Assembly (NCBI GenBank): GCA_965178125.1 | Contig: OZ237750.1 | Coordinates: forward strand, 744,001-808,000 | Direction: 5' to 3' | DNA from: Bilabrum cf. latius | Lineage: Eukaryota | DNA length: 64,000 bases | Part shown: one piece after another, positions 61,378 through 64,000 of the stretch | How positions within the stretch are numbered: the first letter of the stretch is position 1 | How the letters are laid out: each line of letters begins with the position of its first letter | The notes under the pieces: model-generated | What the model saw: the letters and a program-made list of their open reading frames with translations, nothing else | Databases searched by the model: none | What the model was told of the DNA's origin: nothing | Position numbers and translations under genes: made by a program

Positions 61378-64000
61378 TCAACGCTTCAGAATGAGAATGG
61401 CGACACACGCAGCTACACTTGCCCCCACTGCAACCCCCACTATCACCACACGGTCCCACAATAGCAGCACAGGGGGCATCCAGGCCAGCGCGCTATCTGG
61501 ATCATCCAGGCACGCGCCAACAGGGCACTGGCCCGTGGTGCACAAAGCGGCCCACACGAGTGCACTACTAACGATGGCGACATCATACAGCCTGAAAACA
61601 AGACTCGCCCATCCTCTCTAGGCCTTGCCAGCGGTCCTCGAGCCCCGCTCGGGAGCATGCCTAGTCCACCGCGATGTGCCCTGTTTTCGGCTAGTGTGCA
61701 TGGCCGCCGGAGGGGCTACCACCGTTCTGCCGCCGCCACCGCTGCTGTTATCGTACATCAGCAGCCGGTCCGTAAGGCTTGCTTCGCCCGGAAAAACGTG
61801 GTACTCCCGTCCTCTGCAGCAGCACCACTCACCAGCTTTGGCTGCATCGAAGGCCTCCATGCTCCCCTCGAGTGCATCCCACTGCAGCACAGCCAGGGCC
61901 GCACCCAGGCCGTGGATGACCCGCGGGTACGCGTTGTTGAACATGCGTGGCGGGAACATGGGCATGCCTGCGATCTGGTATTCGTTCCGAGCCTGGGTCG
62001 ATGGCTCCAGAGCACCGCCTCCGGCCGGTTTTGCCGGCTCCCGCGCGCCACTACGACCACCAGGGCGGGAGCTGCGGCCGTCTGAGTCTGACGCCACCTC
62101 GTCGCTGTCGGCCTCTGGATTGAGCACCACACCGCTGTTTAGTGTGCTGCAGCTTGGTCTAGGAGGCTATAACGAAAACGATGAGTTGCCGCCACCTGGC
62201 TGCAGCATGCACCCAACGGAGCTGTCGCGGTCGACATGCTGCGCTCTGGAGGCCAACTCGAAGGAGTTGCGACGAGTGCGGCTGGCAACCCTGGAGGCGA
62301 GACTAGGGCTCGGTGTGCCACCCTGATAGATCTAGTCGGGTGAGTTCGAGCTGGCCAAACTGCAGGACTCCGATGCATGCGCTTGAGCACGGCCGATGGT
62401 GGGCTGCCTCGGAAACCCCACTGCGCTCCATGAAGTGATGTTGCCTCCCTCTGTTGACGTGTTGGCTGCAGAGATGGGTTCCACTTGAGCTCCGCTCTGA
62501 GAATCGGAGCTCCATCGATCCATATGCCTGTGCCCACGGCTTTGTGCTGCGTCTTTTTCGCCCGGCAGCGGGTCAGGTATACAAGGTGATCCTACTGCCG
62601 ATTGCGTTTGGTCGCCGAGATCCTCTGGTGGTGTCGACGAGTCAAACACAGGGTGTGCCCTCCCATCGCCTTCCGTGCTATCTTCCACCGGAACGAACAC
62701 CCGGCCGCCGGGACGTTGTGGGCGTGCCCTTCCACCAGCTCGCTGTGCAGCAGGGGCAGGCCTACCAAACATAGCGATGGAAGGGGTTGCGGGCACGCGG
62801 AGAGGAAATGGCGATACTGGAGCTGAAGGACGCTGCTCAAAGTTGAGGCTCCCGTCGCTTTCGTCCAGGACAAAGTGACGCCCGAGGCTGCCCTCGCCGC
62901 TTGACGATTCCAAGGCGTGCTATACGCCGCCGTGGCGAAGCCTTGCCGGGCTAGCGGGGCCATACAGCACCGGTGGCATAGTACTGCTGGAGCTGGAGCT
63001 GTCCACAGACAGTAAGTTTGCCAGCATTCGGTCCGGCCCTGGCGTGTCCAGCTGGTTTACTGCCCCGCGAGTATTGTGTTGCGGTTCAGGTGGACACTGT
63101 GGTTGACTAGTGGCTGCATTTTTGTCACCGGCTAACTCGGGCCCCTGCTGCTGCTGCTGCTGCTGCTGCTAGTAGGCCTGCGCTACAGCAGCAGACGGAA
63201 ACTCCTGGTCCAGGCAGAGGCCGCTGTACCGGCTTCTTGGTCCCGACGCCAGGCTGTTGAATTGACCGCTCCTCGCATGCTTACGACCTCTTGTTGAGCC
63301 CGTGCGGTCCTCTGCAGAGTCGCTACGGAGCTGTGAGGGATGCCGCAGACTGGACTGCGATTTGAGCAAAGCGCCCGCCCCAGCTCTGTATGGCGCCTTC
63401 TGCTACAGTCTATTCTCAGCCTGACTTTGCCTCTAGAAGGAAGCGCCCCTCGGCGAATATGTCAATCGTGGACCGTCCCCCGGAGAACCAATAGCAGCGA
63501 GCTCGCCCAGCTTGCTCTACTTGCTCGAGAACAGAATGGGGTACATGCAACATAGCAGCACCAACCCTCGGGCGATGCCCCCAGCTGCGAGCCCTAAGCA
63601 CAGGTAAAGTGCAGGCCACTGGAGCTTCGCAACCCGAAAGGCAAAAGGAAGCGCCAAAAGCACGACTTGCATGCAAATCAATGCCCAAGCAGTAGATAGC
63701 GGTACCGCATACTACGCAGACATGCTCACATGCAACCATGCTGCGCCGAGGACGGCAGCTGAAATGGTTGCAAGCGCGGGGTAGAAGGTTAGAGAGAATG
63801 TGGTAGGGTGCAGTTGGCGGCTCTAGCATCCGCCCCGCCGAGATGCAGCCAAGGCCGTCTCAACCGCAGGTATCTCCGGAAGTGAAATGCAAACATCGAT
63901 GGATGAGGGCTCTGCAGCAACGAGCCAAGCGCCTGCGAGTCCAGCAGCTGTGCTGCCTCGGATCCGGCGTGCTATTCTCTGCAGGACGCTTCCAGGAGTC
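61378..64000 (-). CDS. Hypothetical membrane protein, 5'-partial: several TM helices, polyQ, long disordered region, C-terminal TM
   Basis: One frame open from 64000 to TGA 61378-61380 apart from TAGs; hydrophobic segments ~63540-63800 and VIVGVAVGASVAACVAILILKR at the end. Confidence 0.7.
63145..63171 (-). repeat. In-frame TAG(CAG)8 polyglutamine tract
   Basis: Minus strand reads tac TAG cag cag cag cag cag cag cag cag ggg. Confidence 0.95.

Noticed and set aside
1-64000. Mass pseudogenisation or poor sequence quality as the cause of broken ORFs
   Set aside because: Interruptions are almost exclusively TAG, frames and catalytic motifs are intact, and only one or two indels appear in 64 kb.
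1-64000. Ciliate-type code (TAA and TAG both Gln), or TGA recoding
   Set aside because: TAA and TGA are absent from coding frames where TAG is abundant; TGA sits exactly where homologous proteins end (S28, GH20, GH59, IFT140).
1-64000. Pyrrolysine insertion or occasional programmed readthrough at TAG
   Set aside because: Eukaryotic genes with dozens of TAGs, including tandem TAG-TAG (22097-22102), varied downstream contexts and alignment to Gln fit full reassignment better.

Overview
Gene-dense, GC-rich nuclear DNA of a flagellated, probably phagotrophic microbial eukaryote (short GT-AG introns of ~90-170 nt, IFT140, CFAP73, lysosomal-type hydrolases; a bicosoecid/Cafeteria-like stramenopile is only a stylistic guess). 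Key result: the window uses a non-standard nuclear genetic code. TAG is a sense codon, most likely Gln, while TGA (mostly) and TAA (rarely) remain stops. The fragmented ORF track collapses into 18 coherent genes once TAG is read as Q: a >4,200-aa FG-GAP/REJ/GPS polycystin-1-like receptor, a 9xSRCR multi-pass membrane protein, CFAP73/CCDC42, an EF-hand protein, a NEMP-like protein, a sarcosine/dimethylglycine methyltransferase, a GH20 hexosaminidase, a PAN-domain glycosidase-like protein, a GPI-anchored temptin-like protein, an unknown protein, an S28 peptidase, a GH59 galactocerebrosidase, an LRR/coiled-coil protein, L-asparaginase, IFT140, two tandem split-RING-CH (MARCH-like) paralogs and a partial membrane protein. 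No RNA genes, CRISPR arrays or mobile elements were recognised. All calls come from manual reading; no database search was run.
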